Origin: a virus
Strand: one strand, 5' to 3'
IMG/VR virus record: IMGVR_UViG_3300036826_000588
Location: 1 to 64,000 of that record
DNA: 64,000 bases
Position 1 is the first letter of the stretch. Every line of letters begins with the position of its first letter. Below the pieces are notes generated by a model, which saw only the letters and a program-made list of their open reading frames with translations, made no database searches and had not been told where the DNA came from. This document shows, in pieces, positions 31,551-42,911 of the stretch. The translations under genes were made by a program, and so were the position numbers.

Positions 31551-32399
31551 GTGGGAGGCGTGGGTCAGGCTGCCCAGTTCGCGACACATCGACCGGAATA
31601 CTGGGCGGACAAGGCTGCGCGGGCCTCTCGATCGTTCTACGAGTTCTTTGTTTTCGTGAGGGGCTACCTTCCGGCGGACCACCACATGGTCATCATCGAG
31701 CGGTTGCTGTACGGCGGCCGCCTGGAGTTGATCCTCGGCTGGCCCGACGCCGCGAAGTCGACAATCGGGATCGCGTGGCTGGAATGGATGCTGGGACGCG
31801 ACCCGAACCTGCGGGTCCTGGTCGCGTCCGAAGTGGCGACCGGCGTAGCGACCACGATCGTATCGGACGTCGCCGGCACGATCGAGACGAACGAGCGCTA
31901 CATCATGGCGTTCGGCGAGCTGAAGGACCCGACCGGCCGCCAGCCGTGGTCCACACGCGAAATCTTCATCCGTCCGCTCGTCACCGCCGCCACCGCGCGC
32001 GGCATGAAGATGCCCGTCACGCCGAAGGCGCCGTTCCCGTGGCTGCCTCCGCGGGGACGCGACAGCCGGCGCACCGGCCGCCACGCCACCGTGAAGGCGG
32101 TGAGCCCGCAGACCGGCTACGCGGGCGCGCGCTGCGAGATCATCATCTGCGACGACCTCGTGTCCGACCGCGTGAGCCGGTCGCAGAAGCTGACGGATCA
32201 GGTGTTCGCCAGTACGCATCAGAAGCTCCTCGGCCGTATGACCCCCCACCCCTTGAACAAAATGGTCATCTTCGGCCAGCACTACGGGCCTCGCGACTTC
32301 TACACCCTCCTGCGGCGCGTAGGCGTCGTGGTCTACGACAACAACCCGGACATGGAGGGGTTGCACGCCCTGGAGCGTGACAACCGGGAGGCGGCCTGA
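31551..32399 (+). CDS. terL: Terminase large subunit, N-terminal ATPase half
   Basis: LILGWPDAAKST (variant Walker A), DPNLRVLVAS, GAR..IIICDDLV (Walker B), MVIFGQHYGPRDFY (motif III region); ends in a stop. Confidence 0.8.
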   Translation: MGGVGQAAQFATHRPEYWADKAARASRSFYEFFVFVRGYLPADHHMVIIERLLYGGRLELILGWPDAAKSTIGIAWLEWMLGRDPNLRVLVASEVATGVATTIVSDVAGTIETNERYIMAFGELKDPTGRQPWSTREIFIRPLVTAATARGMKMPVTPKAPFPWLPPRGRDSRRTGRHATVKAVSPQTGYAGARCEIIICDDLVSDRVSRSQKLTDQVFASTHQKLLGRMTPHPLNKMVIFGQHYGPRDFYTLLRRVGVVVYDNNPDMEGLHALERDNREAA

Positions 32400-35300
32400 G
32401 TGGATATCTCACCGACCGAACTTCCACCCGGGAGCGTCATCTGGAGGTGGAACATGCGGTACCCCGGCGTGGTGGAATGGGGCTACCCCGGAACGGCATT
32501 GCACAGCTTCCAGTGCGCGGCCTGCTACCAGGCATGCGCGACGGCAGCGGCGCCGGTGGTACCCATGTCCATGCCTCCGCGAACGGAGCCGCCGCCGGGT
32601 GCATGCTGCTCTACGTGCGGCGGCCTGATCCGCTCGCGGGGCTCCGGGTGACGCCACCTCTCGCTACCGGTCGGACACGTCCCAGCCACCTGTGTCCCCG
32701 TCCTTACCGCTGGGCCGACCCTTCGCCGCGAAGAGGATATCGCGAGTTCGAATCGTGCTGTTGACGGAAGCGCAGGCGGTTGGGCGCCAGGGATTCCACG
32801 GTTGCGGCATCGGGGCAGGCCCCAACTGCTGCGCGTTCCTGGTGGTCGGCGCAGACGGATTGGAGTGTGCTCGGCTGAGCGAAGTGGACGCGGAGATCCG
32901 CGGACGGGTGCTCGCCGGCTTGTTCACCGCGCGCCGAATGCCCGATCGGCCCTTTCCGGCCTGTCAGGCAGAGGGGTGGGACTGATCTAGAAGGAGGCTG
33001 TCGTGATCGAGGGTTGGCGAGTTCAGCGCATCGAGTTCATGCACTGGCAGCGCGAGCACGGATGGACCGTGCGCGACGTCCTTTGCCGGCTGGGACTCCA
33101 CTGGCCGCGGCGCTGGGAGCGCTCCGCCGAGGGTGACAGGGCTGGTATCGAGGAGCTCCTGTGCGAGGCGTGTCGCTACCGACTCGACATCCGGCCGGCG
33201 GCGCTGGCGCTTCCGGAGCGCCAGTGGACTTCGCTGGCTGCCATTTCAGAGCTGAATCGGAGGGAAGAAGAGGCGCGTGAACCATCGAATCAGGCGAGCT
33301 GAGCGCTACGTCGCCCAGTCTGCCGCTGAGGAGCCGGAGAGGCCGGTTCCGCCGACCGTGCGCGCCTTCTTCGCGACGCCGAACATGCTGCCGCCGGCCG
33401 GGGTGTACGGCGCCGAAGACCTGGAGGGCCGGCCAGGCGTGCTGTGCTCCAGCGTCCAGGTGGAGACCATGCGCACCGTGTACGACGTGTCGTGCCCGGG
33501 GTGCGGTCGCGCGTTCGCGCTCGATCCCGACACGCAGCCGATCACCGGCAACCCGGGAGAGGGATACGCGACCGAGCTGTCGTGCGCCGTCGAGATCCGC
33601 TTCCGCGCGTGTTGTGGCTGGCACGGCCGGCTGGAGCGCGGGGTGTGGATCCCGTTCGGCCGGCAGGGGCAAGACACCCCCGCTGGTTAACGTCGTGGAC
33701 GGTGTGAGAGTGGCCCGTACGCCCCGAAGCGGGGCTCCCCGATGAGCATGGTCCCCCTGGCCGGCCTCGTGGCCGACATGGCCGAGGAGAGTGTCCCCAG
33801 GGTGCCCGTAGCGTCGCTCGATCGTCCCCTGGCCGCGACCATGGACGATGGGCGCCACGTGTGGATCACGGCCATCCTGGAGCGCACCGCCGTCTACACC
33901 GACCAGTTGCAACTTCCCCTCGACAATGCCGTACGTCAGCTCGCTGGGTTCCGTCGCTTCGTGGTCGAGTCCTCGGGGCTCAAGACCACGGAGCGGCGGG
34001 ACCAGCAGCAGCAGCGTCGAGCCGCCTACAACGGCCGCGAGGCCAGCAAGAAGGGCACCAAGAGTCAGCGACTCCAGCGTGCCGCGGACGCCGCGGCGCG
34101 CGAGATGGAGCGGCTCCAGCGCATGATCGACAGCGATCCCAAGAACGCCAACATCGGCGCCGAGCTGGCCCAGCTCAAACAGCAGATGGCCGAGCTGACG
34201 GCCATCGCGGCGGCGCCGGTCCGCAGGACAGCCGGCGCCGCGTAGGGGCCCGGAGTGGGCTCCTACAACGGCTCCATCGTGTCGCCGAAGCACGGGAACA
34301 GCGACACCTGCTCCCCGTCGTCCAGCCGGATCTCCCAGCACTCCTCGATCCCCAGCCACGCCAGCTCGAACACGCCCTCGCCCTTCAGCTCGGAGACGAG
34401 CTTGGCCGGCCCGGGATGACGGTGGAAGCGAACGCGCTGGCCGTACACGGCCGGGATCGGGGGTACTGTCCCTTGACGCTCACTCGGAGTGGTCGTGATC
34501 GGCGGCCGCGTCGTCAGCGTGCAGCGCGGCATGCTCGCGCAACAGCCGGTCCACGGGCACCTGCTCGAATTGGGTGACGCCGTGGCTCAGGCGAAGGTGC
34601 GTGCGGAGCGCTTCGCGGAACCGCTCACGGTAGGGGGTGTCGACCACGTTGAGCGGCAAGGGTAGCCGGCCCTCCGAATCGCCGGGTCTCAGTCGCACCC
34701 CTCCTCCTGGTGCTCCAGGAGGCAATCCGGGTGGAAGGGGCAGCCACAACTCTCGCAGTCGTTCGACTCAGCCGGGTCGATCAGGTGCGAGCAGTGCTCG
34801 CAGATGGCCCACTGGTCCTCGTTCTCGTCGTCAGGCATGGCGCTCCTCGGCCTTGATGGCGGCCTCCTCGGCGCAGTAGCATTCCCACACGGGTGCGACC
34901 AGCGGGCCGCCGTGCTGATCGACGAGCGGTTCGCCCGCATTGGCGTTCACCATGATCCGCTCGTCCCAGCCGCAAAGCGCGCACAGGAAGAACGGTCCGA
35001 AGCCTGGCCCCTCGAACCAGACCGCGGTGGTCCCGCCGCAACGCGGACACTGGCCGCCATCGACGCAGGAGCACGGGTCGGAGCTGGGTGGTTCGTGGTA
35101 GCTGCCGCCGTAGAGGATGACGCCGCTGGATCCGCACTTCTGGCAGTACCGTGGCCACTTCGCCACCCACGCTTCCAGCGCGGCCCTGTCCGCGATGCAT
35201 CGTGGGTCGTGCTCCACCTCGCTCGCGACCTTGTCGATCGCCGCCTGCTGATCCAGCAGGAACGCGAGGACGCCGCGCTCAGGATCATTCACGTCAACGA

Positions 35301-36620
35301 ACTCCATCGGCGACCTCCTTCCGTTCAGCCAGGAACCGCACGAGCAGCTCCTTCATGACCCCCAGTCGGATGCTGCCGCAGGAAGCGTAGCCCGGGCGCC
35401 GGCACTCAGGCCGACAGGCGCCGTCAGCGTCCACGAGATGCCAGCGATCCTGGAACACTGTCTTCGACCACGGGTACGTGATGTGCTCGCCACTCCTCAA
35501 CGTGCGGTGGCCCGTGAACTGCTTCTCGTACCAGCCGCCTCGCTTCGCAAGCAGCACGTCCTCTGGTCCACCGCGCAGCCTCCAGGAGGCTGGCAGCGAA
35601 CCGCGCGTGAATCTTGGCTGATCGATTGCGGTGGCGTTCATGACTCCATTGTAGCCGCTGGCGCCGCCTTGCGAGCGGCTCTCTCGGCCTTGAGCCGATT
35701 CAGATCCTCGACCGCCCAGCCCCGGCCGACGTAGATCCGGCACTTGCGCAGCGTGGTCAGCGTCACGATCGGCAGCCTGTAGGAGAAGTCGCGCACGCTG
35801 GCGCGGTGGTAGACGCCCCAAGGTGTCCCCGGCTCCTCGAAGCGCTCGAAGTACCACTCACCGTCCAGCGTCTCGGCGCCCCACGTCTCCACGCGCCCGG
35901 AATGGAAGGTCGGAAAGCGGCGGGTCACACGGATCGGGACGAGGTTGGGATCCGGCGCCCGTCGGGAGGCGGCCATCTACGCCACCTCCCGAGCGAACTC
36001 CGGGGCCGGTGCAGCGTCCGGGTCGTCCACGCATTCCAGGCAGACCGTCAACGGCATCTCGGGATCCACGTCCCAAGCGGCCAGTTCGATCGGCAGCTCG
36101 CGCAGGCAGCAGACGCAGGTGAACTTGCCAGGCTCAGCGGTCGGAACCGCGGCTGCGCAAGAATCGAGGGAAATCGGGCAGTTCATACCCGAATCGTAGA
36201 CGCACGAACCCTACAAAGGCAACATCGATTGTGTCAGCTTTGGCTCGTGCGCAGTGCAGGTGCCGCCCTGGGCGTGCGCCCACCGCTCGACGTTTGAGAT
36301 CGGCTGTCCGACGAACTTACGCATGATCGGAGCGGCCTCGACGACCATGCCCCCAAGCACGATCACCCCGCAGTTGACGTACCCGTGCCGGCCGCGCGCG
36401 GGGAGCTCGACCGTGTAGATCGTCTCTCCGCGCAGCGGCAACGTCACCAGCCCCGGGTGGCGCGGCGTGCTGCCCGTCGCACCTCGTAGCCGGCCAGGTA
36501 GCCTGGCCCGCGACTGACGGCCCGGGCGAAGAAGAACAGGTGCACCAGCTCCCACAGCAGGCTGCGGCGGCGGCGCACCTGACGACGAGGGGTTCGGCGT
36601 CTCGTGGTGGCTCTGTTCAT
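32400..36620. other. Block of small convergent genes between the terminase halves (+ strand to 34245, - strand from 36620)
   Basis: Includes leaderless MN cassettes at 36620(-), 36186(-), 35641(-). Confidence 0.65.
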
Positions 36621-36682
36621 ACGAGAATCGTAGGCGCGCGGCGCCCTTTGGGCAACGTCGTGTTCGACGCTCCCATGGAGGG

Positions 36683-37654
36683 GTGACGGATTTCACCCCG
36701 GCCCGGCGCACCCGGACGCCAACCGACCAGGAGAAGCAGGGCCGGCCGTGGAACGTCACCATCCTGCGCGCCATCAGACCGGACGGAACGCTCACCTGGC
36801 CTGACCACAACCAGATCACCGACTACCAGGAGATTTGGGAGTCCGGTGGCAGCGCGTACTTCAACACGGTTTGGATGCAGGACCCTTCCGGCCTGGCCGG
36901 CGAGGTGTTCCGACCCGAGTGGTACTTGTACTACCAGCACCCGAAGTACAGTGAAGACCGCCCCAGTGCCACGCGCCCTGGCCAGCTCGTGACAGTTACT
37001 GCCACCGACCTCTTGGCCGAGGGCGAGATCCACGCGATCATTCCCGACTTGCGCGAGATGTTCTCGCTCATGGCGTGCGACCTGGCGATCAAGCAGTCGG
37101 ACACCGCCGACTGGTATGCCCACGTGAACGCCTACGCCTCGCGCCAGGGAGAGCTGTTCATCGAGGACGTGTACCGCGGCCGCCACAACGAGACCGAGAT
37201 GGTGGAGCAGATCCTGCTGGCAGCGGGGAAGTACAAGGCGAAGGCGATTGGCATCGAGAGCGTGGCCTTCCAGAGCCTGGTGTTCAGGATGGTGGCTCGC
37301 CGAAGCCAACGTCACTTCGTGGAGCTCGACCCCGCGAACCGCGACAAGGTGTTGCGTGCGCGGCCGCTCGCGGCAAGGTACCAGATGGGCAAGGTCTTCC
37401 ACCTGTACGGCGCGCGTTGGCGGAAGGCGTTCGAGTACGAGCTTCAGGAGTTCCCAGGCGGGAAGTGGGATGACCAGACGGACGCGGCCGCCTACGTCCA
37501 TGAGCTGGCCGTCCGGTTCCACCCGGACACCTGGCGCGAGGTGATGGCCATGCAGTCCGAGATGCGCCGCCGCCGGCACCTGGACGACGTCGTGGTCAGC
37601 GGCTCCAAGCTCGCCAATGTCACCATCCCCCGCGGGCCCGGGCTGAGCGGGTAG
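36683..37654 (+). CDS. terL: Terminase large subunit, C-terminal RNase H-like nuclease half
   Basis: Own GGAGG RBS; WP...MQDP..G.VFRPEW, ACDLA..K..ADW, IGIESVAFQ, DKVLRA, FPGGKWDDQTDA. Confidence 0.85.
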   Translation: MTDFTPARRTRTPTDQEKQGRPWNVTILRAIRPDGTLTWPDHNQITDYQEIWESGGSAYFNTVWMQDPSGLAGEVFRPEWYLYYQHPKYSEDRPSATRPGQLVTVTATDLLAEGEIHAIIPDLREMFSLMACDLAIKQSDTADWYAHVNAYASRQGELFIEDVYRGRHNETEMVEQILLAAGKYKAKAIGIESVAFQSLVFRMVARRSQRHFVELDPANRDKVLRARPLAARYQMGKVFHLYGARWRKAFEYELQEFPGGKWDDQTDAAAYVHELAVRFHPDTWREVMAMQSEMRRRRHLDDVVVSGSKLANVTIPRGPGLSG

Positions 37655-37873
37655 CCGCTTCCGGACGCGCCCGGACGGGCAACTTCCGGGCACCTCCAAG
37701 GTGAGCTGGATGCTGACCTATCCCGAGCTGCTCCAGACCTTGAGCACGGTCTCTGGCTTCCTCGGGGCGGGCTGCGCCGTGTATGCGACCTTCCTGGCCC
37801 ATCGCGTCCACGGGACCGTGCAAGAGCTGCACGAGACGATCAAGGACCAGCGCCCCTCGGAGGGAACCGCCTG

Positions 37874-39697
37874 ATGGCGCCCAAGAAGAAGTCTCTCGAC
37901 GCAACGATGGCTGCGAAGCCGAACTTCCAGGAACTGGGCGTCTCGGGCACCAAGCTGTTCGCTGGCCTCATCAGCGAAGAGACGGTGCCCCAGCTTCAGG
38001 GGTTCCAGGCATACAAGAGCTACCAGGGCATGAGGCTCGATGCCACCGGTAGCGCGCTCCTCAAGGCGATCGAGCTTCCCATCCGTGCTTCGCGCTGGTT
38101 CGTGAACCCTGCGAGCGACGACCCGAACGACATCAACATCGCCGACTTCGTGCACGACGTTTGCTGGACCTTTGGCTCCCAGTCGATGGACGACATCATG
38201 CGACTCGCCTTTGGGTGTCTCGCGTTCGGCTTCTCGACTCTGGAGATCATCTGGTCGGTCATTGACGAAGGGCCTTGGAAGGGCAAGGTCGGCTGGGATC
38301 GTTTGGCCTGGAGAAGTCAGGCCACCAAGTGGCGCTGGGAGATGGACTACGTCAACGGCAAGCGCCAGCTCGTCGGACTGGTGCAGTTGGCTCCGCCGTA
38401 CTACCAGCAAGTACAGATTCCTCGCAACAAGCTGATGCTTTGGGTGAACGATCTGGAAGGCGACAACTACGACGGTATCTCGTGCCTTCGCAGCGCCTGG
38501 AAGGATTACTACATCCGAGATCAGCTCTACCGAATCAGAGCGATCGGTCTGGAGCGCGGGTACATGGGTATTCCGGTCGCCACTGTGCCCGACGAGTTCA
38601 GTGACGAGTACGCCGGCATCGCGCGCCAGATCGTGGAGACGGTCCGGGCGGACGAGCAGGTGGGAGTGGTTCACCCGGCCAGCATGGACTTCCGTATCGA
38701 ACGCTGGGAGCTGAACGGCCCGGCGATGAACGAGGCCATTCACTACCACAACCGCCAGATGCTGGTCTGCCAGCTCGCGCAGTTCCTGGAACTGGGGTCC
38801 AAGAACGTCGGTTCGTTTGCGCTGTCAAGCGATCAGTCAGACCTCTTTCAGATGGCGATCAATGCCAAGGCGAACTACTTCGCCGAAGTGATGAACCTCC
38901 ACCCTGGCATCCCGCAGTTGATCGGCTTCAACTTCCCCAACGTCACAGCGCAGAACCTGCCGCGCTTGCAGCATGGCGACATTGGGCAGCGGTCGCTGGA
39001 CCGGCTGGGTCGCACGCTCATGGCTCTCGGCCAGTGGGGATTCCTGACGCCTGACAATGCGACGGAGGACCGGCTGCGCCAGATGCTGGACCTTCCCGAG
39101 CGCGAAGAGGCAATCACGAACCGCGCGCTGTACGACCTGATGCAGGAGATCGCACCCTCGGACGTTCAGCACGGACGCCTGCACACCATCGATCGGGTCG
39201 AGAGTCCGCTGGAGGTGGCCGCCGACACCGCGAAGACGAAGCGTATGCAGGCGCTGAAGGCGCCAGCGCCCTCAGCCGCCAGCGCGCCGAAGGGAAGCGG
39301 CTCGCCGGAACAGCGCAACGCCAGCACCCAGGACATGTCGGAGTACCACGCGAAGTTCGCCGAGAACCGAGCCCGGCTTGCCGAGCTCGTCGTACGCCGG
39401 CCGTGGACACGGCCGCAGGGTCGCCCGACGGAGAACCAGCGGATGGCGATGCGCGCGACGGAGGCGATGGTCGAAGCACTCGACGAGTTCAAGAGCGCCG
39501 GTCAGCAACGCCCGGTACGGCCGAGCGTGTGGCACGCGATGCACCGGCGGCCGTACGAGGTCCGCTCGCACGGCGACGCGGTCCGCCTGGAGCCCGGGCG
39601 GCCGCGCACCGTGTTCACGCGGCAGATGGGCCTGGCGCGCAACCACCGCGAGCCGCTTCGAGCGATCCTGCGGCCGCGCGCGACGGCGCCGGCATGA
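37874..39697 (+). CDS. Portal protein (DUF935/Mu gp29-like)
   Basis: ELGVSGT, FGFSTLEIIW, GISCLRSAW, ERGYMGIP, GSFALS motifs; follows the terminase. Confidence 0.85.
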   Translation: MAPKKKSLDATMAAKPNFQELGVSGTKLFAGLISEETVPQLQGFQAYKSYQGMRLDATGSALLKAIELPIRASRWFVNPASDDPNDINIADFVHDVCWTFGSQSMDDIMRLAFGCLAFGFSTLEIIWSVIDEGPWKGKVGWDRLAWRSQATKWRWEMDYVNGKRQLVGLVQLAPPYYQQVQIPRNKLMLWVNDLEGDNYDGISCLRSAWKDYYIRDQLYRIRAIGLERGYMGIPVATVPDEFSDEYAGIARQIVETVRADEQVGVVHPASMDFRIERWELNGPAMNEAIHYHNRQMLVCQLAQFLELGSKNVGSFALSSDQSDLFQMAINAKANYFAEVMNLHPGIPQLIGFNFPNVTAQNLPRLQHGDIGQRSLDRLGRTLMALGQWGFLTPDNATEDRLRQMLDLPEREEAITNRALYDLMQEIAPSDVQHGRLHTIDRVESPLEVAADTAKTKRMQALKAPAPSAASAPKGSGSPEQRNASTQDMSEYHAKFAENRARLAELVVRRPWTRPQGRPTENQRMAMRATEAMVEALDEFKSAGQQRPVRPSVWHAMHRRPYEVRSHGDAVRLEPGRPRTVFTRQMGLARNHREPLRAILRPRATAPA

Positions 39698-39893
39698 CGA
39701 GGGAGTTCCAGCACGTGGCGCCTGCGGAGCCGGCGCCGGAGCGCGAGGTGCTCTACACGTGGGATGCGCTGATCGAGCACTCCGTGCTGGAGGCCGAGGT
39801 CATCGGATGAGGGACGGTCGCTACCCCCCTACGACTGTGTTCGGCTGCCATCCCTCACGGCGAGGAACCGCCCCTCGTGAGGCAGAGTAGCCG

Positions 39894-41879
39894 ATGGACG
39901 CCGCCGTCATCAACCCGGCAGCGCGAGCGATCTGGCGTCGCGAGGACTGGCAGCGCATGGCCGCACTCCACCTTGTGCACCATGGCGGCCACGCAGTACG
40001 CGCCGCGGCGCGCATCCTGCGCCTGCCCAAGAGCACCATCCACGACTGGGTCCGCCAGGGACCGGCCAGCATCCGGGACGAGCGGCTGAGGGCCATCGCC
40101 CAGCGGATCATCGATCGCAATCCCCTGACCGCCTCCGAGGAGAGCTTCGTCGCCGAGGTGCTCGCACGCGCCGAGCATGGGGAGCAGCAGCCCAACCTCC
40201 TCAGCGAGGCCGAGAGCGCCGGCTGCGGCTGCTGCGACGGCTGCCACGACGCCTGCTCGGGTGAGTGCTGCGACGGCTGCCAGCAGGCGCAACCCACCGG
40301 CGTCATGGTGGCGTTCTTCCTGCCGGCGGATGTCGCCCAGCAACTCGCCATGGACCGCGAGGCCGACCCCACCGCCATGCCGCCGGAGGAGCTGCACGTC
40401 ACGCTCGCGTTCCTCGGCCAGGCGGCCGAGCTGGCCGACCCGGGCCGGCTGTGCCGGGTGGTGGCGGGCTTCGCCGCTGTCGCGCCGCCGGTGATGTGCG
40501 CGATCTCCGGCGCCGGCCGCTTCGCGGTGGGGGACCGGGTCGTCTACGCGTCGGTAGACGCGCCCCAGTTGCCGGCGTGGCGCCAGCGCCTGGTCGAGCA
40601 CCTGGCCCTGGGCGGCTACCCACCATCGACGCGGCATGGCTTCACGCCGCACGTGACGTTGTGCAATCCGGACGGGCCCGTGACGCTCGACGTCCGGCCG
40701 ATCGAGTTCGCCGCGACCACACTGACGGTCGCCATCGCGGGCGCGCGGTACGACTTCCCGCTGGAGGGCGAGAGCGCAACGTTCGCTGAACCGAAGCCTG
40801 ACACGCCGCCGGCCCGTCCGGATCCGGACTCCGCGGCGGCCGGGCAGGATCTCCTCGATGGCCTGGAGCAGGCGCTGAAGGCAGCGAAGCGCGTTGCGCA
40901 GAACCACAAGCCGGTGGAGGGGCCAGGCGAGCCAGGCGACGCCGAGGAGCACACGCGCGCAGAGACCGCAGACGACGAGCTGGACGAGATCCAGGAGCAT
41001 CCGCCGACGCAGATCATGGACCGCCTCGCGCTGGAGGCGTGGCACCGCTACATCACCGCGCTGGCGAACGACTCCCCCCACAGCCGTGCCATCTACGTCG
41101 CGCGGAAGATCGACCCGGACTTCTTCGTGACGGACGAGCAGGGCCGGAAGCTCATCCACGCGTTGGGGAAGGGCGACGAACCGGTGATCTTCGGCTGGGC
41201 GCCAGGGAACGTGAAGCCGCCGCCGCACGTCACTTCGGTCTTCGACCAGTTCGAGGGATCCGCGCAGCAGGAGCGCGAGCTGGCCAGCTACCTCTTCGAC
41301 CTGGCCAAGGAGTCCTACCTGGAGGGCGTGAACGCCCAGCTCCTCGTGCTGGGGTTGTCGCTGGAGGCGGCCGTCACGGACCCGACCGTGCTGAGCGAGC
41401 TGGGCCAGGCGACGGCCTCGATCGCCCAGGGGATCATCAACAGCTACAACCGCGCGTTGGCGGCCGAGGTCTACTCCGCCTGGATCGAGCAGCGCAGCAC
41501 GCTGGGCCGCCAGTCATCGCTCCGAACGCTCTGGGAAGACGTCAATCGCTGGGCCGAGGCGCGCGCGCACGAGCGGGCGGGGATGATCTCCGCCACCGAG
41601 TACGGCCGCTGGTTCAACCGCGGCGTCCTCGACTTCCTCTCGCACAACGAGGAGCTGCTGGGCAGCGATGCGACCGTGTACGTCACGCCTGACGAGTGCC
41701 TGTGCTCGCTCTGCGCGACCGTCGTCGCCGGCAGCCCCTACACGCTGGCGGAAGCACAGCAGCTTGGCCTGCCGCTCCATCCGAACTGCGTGCACTTCGC
41801 CGAGCTCTCGATGTCACCGGTAGCCGACCTCGCGGTGGACGTCCTCTGGACGGCTCAGCTCGCCGACGTCGCAGCGTGA
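39894..41879 (+). CDS. Head morphogenesis (MuF-like) protein with HTH, Cys-rich linker and 2H phosphoesterase domain
   Basis: LHVTLAFLG and FTPHVTL (two HxT motifs); C-terminal TEYGR...CSLC...PLHPNCVH. Confidence 0.8.
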   Translation: MDAAVINPAARAIWRREDWQRMAALHLVHHGGHAVRAAARILRLPKSTIHDWVRQGPASIRDERLRAIAQRIIDRNPLTASEESFVAEVLARAEHGEQQPNLLSEAESAGCGCCDGCHDACSGECCDGCQQAQPTGVMVAFFLPADVAQQLAMDREADPTAMPPEELHVTLAFLGQAAELADPGRLCRVVAGFAAVAPPVMCAISGAGRFAVGDRVVYASVDAPQLPAWRQRLVEHLALGGYPPSTRHGFTPHVTLCNPDGPVTLDVRPIEFAATTLTVAIAGARYDFPLEGESATFAEPKPDTPPARPDPDSAAAGQDLLDGLEQALKAAKRVAQNHKPVEGPGEPGDAEEHTRAETADDELDEIQEHPPTQIMDRLALEAWHRYITALANDSPHSRAIYVARKIDPDFFVTDEQGRKLIHALGKGDEPVIFGWAPGNVKPPPHVTSVFDQFEGSAQQERELASYLFDLAKESYLEGVNAQLLVLGLSLEAAVTDPTVLSELGQATASIAQGIINSYNRALAAEVYSAWIEQRSTLGRQSSLRTLWEDVNRWAEARAHERAGMISATEYGRWFNRGVLDFLSHNEELLGSDATVYVTPDECLCSLCATVVAGSPYTLAEAQQLGLPLHPNCVHFAELSMSPVADLAVDVLWTAQLADVAA

Positions 41880-41916
41880 CTTGACCGAACCCCTGGTAGT
41901 TCGTTACGGTGGTCTC

Positions 41917-42049
41917 GCGGGGTTCGAGGCTCCGGGGGGGCTCGGGCAAAACCGGAGGGGACACCCTGGCTGATGAGCGGCTCAGCTTTGGAGTACCCAG
42001 GCCGTGACGCTGAGGGGTTAGCCGCGCCACAACCCCCAGCCCCGCTTTT
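41917..42049 (+). ncRNA. Candidate structured small RNA
   Basis: TTGACC-18-TACGGT promoter; closing stem GCGGGGTT/AGCCCCGC followed by TTTT; three internal hairpins. Confidence 0.5.
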
Positions 42050-42695
42050 ACAAACCCCACCAGCGCACGTGGTCGCGGATCCAGAGGTAGGCGTGGCGCT
42101 TGCTTTCCCAGGCGCCGCGGATGTACTCCCACCCCACCACGCCAAGCACGGCGAAGACCAGGAAGGCGACGATCGTGCCGGCCAAGCTGGCTTCCTGCCG
42201 AGGGAAGAGATGGATGAGCTGGGGCCCCTCGGAGGCTGGAGTCGACCCCGAAGCAGCCGGCCCCTCGTTCGCGGCGCCCGAGCCCATCGTGGAGACGTTC
42301 TGCATCGTCAGCGATGGCGTCGAAGATGGTGACGGAGAAGGCGAGGGCGCGGCGACGGCCGCCGCAGATGGAGGCGTCGGGAGCGCCAAGGGAGACGGAG
42401 TCGACTTGTGGCCAGACCCCGGCGTCGCCACCCCCAGGAGTTGAGTGCAATAGGCGAGCAGGGCTCTCTTGCGCTGCCCCTTCTCCGTGTTGGGGTCGCC
42501 AAGGAGTGCAGGATTGGCGGCGATCTCGGCGAGGAAGATCCGACACCACGCCCTTCCTGGCAGCGGCTGTGGCGTGGGGCTGGCCGACGGAGCGGCGGCG
42601 GAGGCCGGCGATGGCGTTGGAGTAGGACCAGGAGTAGCGGCGATGAGCAACGGGGCCGCCACGAACAGCACGAGAACCATGAACGCGTGCACCAT
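42048..42695 (-). CDS. Pro-rich exported/membrane protein
   Basis: Signal-like N-terminus, PT/PS repeats, C-terminal TM helix. Confidence 0.65.
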   Translation of the reverse strand: MVHAFMVLVLFVAAPLLIAATPGPTPTPSPASAAAPSASPTPQPLPGRAWCRIFLAEIAANPALLGDPNTEKGQRKRALLAYCTQLLGVATPGSGHKSTPSPLALPTPPSAAAVAAPSPSPSPSSTPSLTMQNVSTMGSGAANEGPAASGSTPASEGPQLIHLFPRQEASLAGTIVAFLVFAVLGVVGWEYIRGAWESKRHAYLWIRDHVRWWGL

Positions 42696-42911
42696 TTTGG
42701 GGGGATCCTTCGGGATGGCAGGGTTGGCGCCGGCACGGGGGGTGCCGGGGTGGCCGGAGGGTACCGGCGTACTTCCAACGAGTGGAAGGGGGAAAGTACC
42801 TGCCTTTGTACCTGAATCGGGTCAGACGAAGGAGGGGTTGGCCAGGAGCCCGAGAGAGGGGAAGGTCGGGGTAGACCGGGGGTTGGGCTCCTGGCCCAGG
42901 AGGAAGGACTG

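Noticed and set aside
32300-36760. Split intein or self-splicing intron joining the terminase halves
   Set aside because: No intein N-terminal or HN-C/S/T motifs, no recognisable group I/II core, and the second half has its own RBS
41970-41990. Hammerhead ribozyme core CTGATGA (also CTGACGA near 49242)
   Set aside because: No GAAA after the putative stem II
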